Below are positions 40,189 to 42,043 of a stretch of DNA of 42,043 nucleotides, piece after piece. The stretch spans positions 1 to 42,043 of the forward strand of contig LPNZ01006212.1 of the NCBI GenBank assembly GCA_001655205.1, written 5' to 3'. The stretch comes from Lenisia limosa (lineage: Eukaryota > Protista > Breviatea). Made by a program: the position numbers and the translations under genes. The number at the start of each line of letters is the position of its first letter. Positions within the stretch are counted from its first letter, which is position 1. The notes under the pieces were generated by a model. The model was not told where the DNA came from. It made no database searches and saw nothing but the letters and a program-made list of their open reading frames with translations.

Positions 40189-40737
40189 TTGTGTCTTCAC
40201 TAAAATGAAGTCGCCCTTTAGCAGTCACAGTCTTGCTATAATCCTACAGTCTGTCTTTTAACACGGTTTTTGGCAGTTTCTCCATTTATAAATTAATGGC
40301 GTATACGCGAGGTGGCGTATTTTATATCCAGGAATGCAGCATGCATGATGCATGAGCATTGTATCATATATATTGATTATGCATTTTTTTTTTGCTTGAG
40401 TTATAATATAAATGTTATAAATGTATTTACCCCCCCCCCCCTGGAAAAGATGACTGNNNNNNNNNNNNNNNNNNNNNNNNNNNNNNNNNNNNNNNNNNNN
40501 NNNNNNNNNNNGGGCAATGTATATGCCTTCAAGCTTGGCTAGTAACAGAGATATTATGTATGAACGCACTCGCCCAATTTCGACATTTTACAACAAAAGA
40601 ATAGACACAGAGGCTTGAGATTTCACAGTTTATTTCATCATAATTGCGGATACGTATACCTAGTTGGCTAAATATCATGACTTGCTACTTCCCTCATTTT
40701 GATACATTTTTTGCAGTAAAGTCTCTCTTGAAATTAG

Positions 40738-41964
40738 GATCATAATGATCACATATCTCATCACCTGTACCCATTTCCCAAAAATGGCCACCTACTTGCT
40801 AATTTGGACTATTTAAAGGACTTATATGTGACCATCCGCGTGACCGGCATAGCTGCAGTCTTCGGACAAGCCATTGAAGAGGATGACATCATTCAAGTGG
40901 TTACCTTACTGGTGAACAATAGTGGCCTTGTCAACCTGGCTGTTAAGGTGTGGGGGTATTATGTGTTGAAGGTGGGGGGGATTTATCGAGGATTTATCGA
41001 GGATTTATTCTTTTTTGGAACCGAAAGTGGAACACTATGAAATACTCACCGCATGCAGGGAACGTACCCGGTACATCGGGTAAAGTCCGTTGAAATGCTG
41101 CGTAAACTGGTCGAACATGGGGGCTCCGTCAACCAGGTCAACAGTCGTGTTTGTGGGTGTACAACTCAACAGTCGTGTTTGTGGGTGTACAACTCAACAG
41201 TCGTGTTTGTGGGTGTACAACTCAAGAGTCATGTTTGTGGGTGTTTTTTTTTGTGTTAACAGGTATAAATCCTTGAAATGTTGTAAGAAACGGAGTGGAA
41301 TATTGACTTTGCTTTATTAATAAGGCATTTCTATTCCTTGTCTCATTTTCCCTCATTTCCGTATATGGTTCTCCTAAGGTCACATAAACTAAGTGTATTT
41401 AATCACGTGCTGATTTCGTTTAGTCACATTGTAACACTGCTTCTTTTTGGTTATATTAAGCTCTCTTTCTTTGGTCTTATTCCTTTGTAGCACCCGGTGG
41501 AGTTTTTGTGATTAATTCCACATAATCTGATCTGCCTCTCCCTTCACAACTTAGGGGGAAAACCTGCTGCACGTTACAAGCAGTCGGGAGGTGGCCGAGT
41601 GTGCTCTTGGCTTCTGTGGTACACTGGTGTCAATACGCTCTTTGAGAGTGGGGGGGGGGGTCTTCAATTNNNNNNNNNNNNNNNNNNNNNNNNNNNNNNN
41701 NNNNNNNNNNNNNNNNNNNNNNNNNNNNNNNNNNNNNNNNNNNNNNNNNTAATCATTGAAGAATAGGCCTTCCTTGGAGCGATATGTCTTGGTAATTACT
41801 CTTTTGTCAGTTTTTGAAAAAGGAGTAAAAGGCAAAAGTGATGTGACTCACATTCAATCTGACGCGGCGTTCTAATTAACCCAGGGCGAGCTGCCGCTGC
41901 ATTCAGCCGCGCGAAGGAACAAAGCGGACCTGGTGTGGTTCCTAATGTGCCACTTGCCTCATAC
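40738..41964 (+). CDS. Ankyrin-repeat protein, partial
   Basis: GT-AG exons 40738-40947, 41059-41136 (GTYPVHRVKSVEMLRKLVEHGGSVNQ), 41555-41647 (GENLLHVT) and 41885-41964 (GELPLHSAARRNKADLVWFL). The start is not identified and the gene probably runs past the window end. Confidence 0.75.
41138..41243. repeat. 28-bp minisatellite (about 3.8 copies) starting at an intron donor
   Basis: tcaacagtcgtgtttgtgggtgtacaac three times plus a diverged partial copy; no spacers. Confidence 0.95.
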
Positions 41965-42043
41965 GTCAAGCTCCCCTGATGCCAATGTTGGAGGGGATCT
42001 GTCAGATCTCCCCCCCCCCTCTAGCACCCCGGTACTATTTCCC

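Noticed and set aside
41138-41243. 28-bp repeats as a CRISPR array
   Set aside because: Head-to-tail copies with no spacers and no cas genes, inside a eukaryotic intron: a minisatellite.

Overview
AT-rich, gapped draft scaffold from an intron-rich eukaryote, probably a protist, using the standard code (TAA/TAG act as stops; no in-frame stops in spliced PRP8). The left two thirds (937-27442, +) hold 32 exons (about 1340 codons) of the core spliceosomal gene PRP8. Its 31 complete introns fall into 22 tiny ones (22-40 nt), 2 medium (131, 190 nt) and 7 large (2.1-4.5 kb). Four tiny introns (24-25 nt) end in TG instead of AG, and conserved protein sequence fixes these junctions. The large introns contain pogo-like transposon relics, MITE-like repeats, a decayed 18S rRNA fragment and a tRNA-Leu-like relic. 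PRP8 stops inside its RNase H-like domain, and I found no further exon in the remaining 14.6 kb. That stretch holds three minus-strand genes (a hypothetical protein, an Old Yellow Enzyme-family flavin oxidoreductase and a signal-peptide type I DnaJ) and a plus-strand ankyrin-repeat gene, all with longer canonical GT-AG introns. All alignments were done by eye against remembered consensus sequences; nothing was computed.
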